DNA from: Ginglymostoma cirratum | Taxonomy: Eukaryota | DNA length: 64,000 nt | Direction: 5' to 3' | NCBI GenBank assembly: GCA_024137785.1 | Contig: JAHRHZ010000024.1 | Span: 25,395,768-25,459,767 of the forward strand | In this document: positions 62,736 to 64,000 of the stretch, piece by piece | Numbering within the stretch: the stretch's first letter is position 1 | Layout: each line of letters opens with the position of its first letter | Notes under the pieces: generated by a model | Told to the model about the DNA's origin: nothing | Seen by the model: only the letters and a program-made list of their open reading frames with translations | Databases searched by the model: none | Made by a program: the position numbers and the translations under genes

Positions 62736-64000
62736 TAAAAAATCATTCTTGCAAAATGGTTTGACTCCATACAAGTTAGTCATGGAACGAAGATAGCCAG
62801 TACAGATGTCTACCTGCCAACGTGGACTGATTTCATGGTAAAAGAGACAGACTTAAGGAAAGTTCAAGAAAGAGAACAAAGTGAGCAGGCAAAACAACAG
62901 GTTTTGCGAATATCATTCGCTTTTGAGAAAAGTGTGTTAAGAGGATTTATCTGTTTTAAAAATCTGAACATTGGAAAATTAAGTTTAAAAAGTCTTTTCA
63001 TGCCATTCAGACCATGCATGCTACAATGGAATCTGTCAAATCCTATTGAACTGTGTCTCAGTCTCAATGAAGAAGACTTTTAGAATGTGTTTAACCTTGG
63101 ACAAACAAAAGGTTATTCTAAGGTGCAAAATAAATTTTCCCCACTCGACAGCAAAGTGGGAACCTTTCAAATCAATAACCTTGTCATTTGAAAAGCTAAT
63201 TAACTCAGCTATAGTTAATACCAATGTTTAGCCCTAAACTGTGGACTAATTAACCTTTATATTTGAAAAGATTACTCATAGTCTGGACGGACACTTTTAC
63301 AAGTTAAAACAGTATAAAACTAACTGTACCTCTATCTTAGACTGCAGAACTCCAAGAGTAAGAAAAGGTCAATATTAATACTCAAAATTTCATAGGAAGA
63401 AGAGAGAAGATAGAACACTAAGAAGACAAAGAAAGACTTCAATAACAGTTACCTAAAAGAACGAATATATTCTATATTTCTTACTATGTGTCAAAATGCT
63501 ACAAAATGTTAAGGGGACTAAGAAACTGAAGCGTTGTGTTTCCAGGAAAATTTGAGGATGTAAAAGTCTGTATGAAGATGTGGGGAGCAAAGGCTGGTAC
63601 ATTGGAGGAGATTCCGTATAATATCGTGTGGCACCACTGGATGAAAGTTGTGTTGTCTATCATTGATCTTGTAAATGCCTCTGGCAATTCTTTGAGGCTC
63701 AAGATCCAAAAGGGTGTCGGGTATTCTTGAATTTGACAACAAGGGGCCAAGGACCTAGAAGAGGGAAAGTATCTGGGCCCATGATTTCTACTTCTGTACC
63801 TGTTGACAACCGGGGATAATGCATGGCCACTGGGTCCAGCTGGCAGCTAAGTCTTGTTCAGACAACATGAAAATGTCTGCTGTCACTTAATACAACATCA
63901 TGACTCCACTTTGAGACCAATATTCTGATATTTCAAGGTAACCTATTGAATGCCTAAAGACTCTGTGTGTCGGGTATGTCATTCTGTGAAATACACCGCT

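Overview
This is eukaryotic, repeat-dense intergenic or intronic DNA, almost certainly from an elasmobranch (shark), judged from HE1-type V-SINEs, HER1/CR1 LINEs and DeuSINE-like tails. I found no convincing host protein-coding exon, rRNA, functional tRNA or CRISPR array. The window holds a near full-length decayed CR1 LINE (zinc-finger/leucine-zipper/SGNH-esterase ORF1 plus APE-RT ORF2), many CR1/L2/RTE fragments, a Harbinger transposase relic, putative solo LTRs and several tRNA-derived SINE families. Penelope-like element (PLE) ends are also common; they carry minimal hammerhead ribozyme motifs, often as inverted hairpins, one of which abuts the 400-N assembly gap. Three things stand out. 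(1) An unexplained ~7 kb AT-rich island (about 31.7-38.9 kb) of decayed coding-like sequence has CxxC clusters, an integrase-like HHCC motif and an internal diverged duplication; it could be an ancient KDZ/Zisupton- or Ginger-like transposon, or an endogenous virus. (2) An ORF1-less LINE begins with a tRNA-like Pol III head, and its internal-deletion derivative is the local SINE, one copy of which sits inside the LINE. (3) The PLE hammerhead arrays. Element boundaries were read by eye and are approximate; family names come from motif recognition, not database searches.
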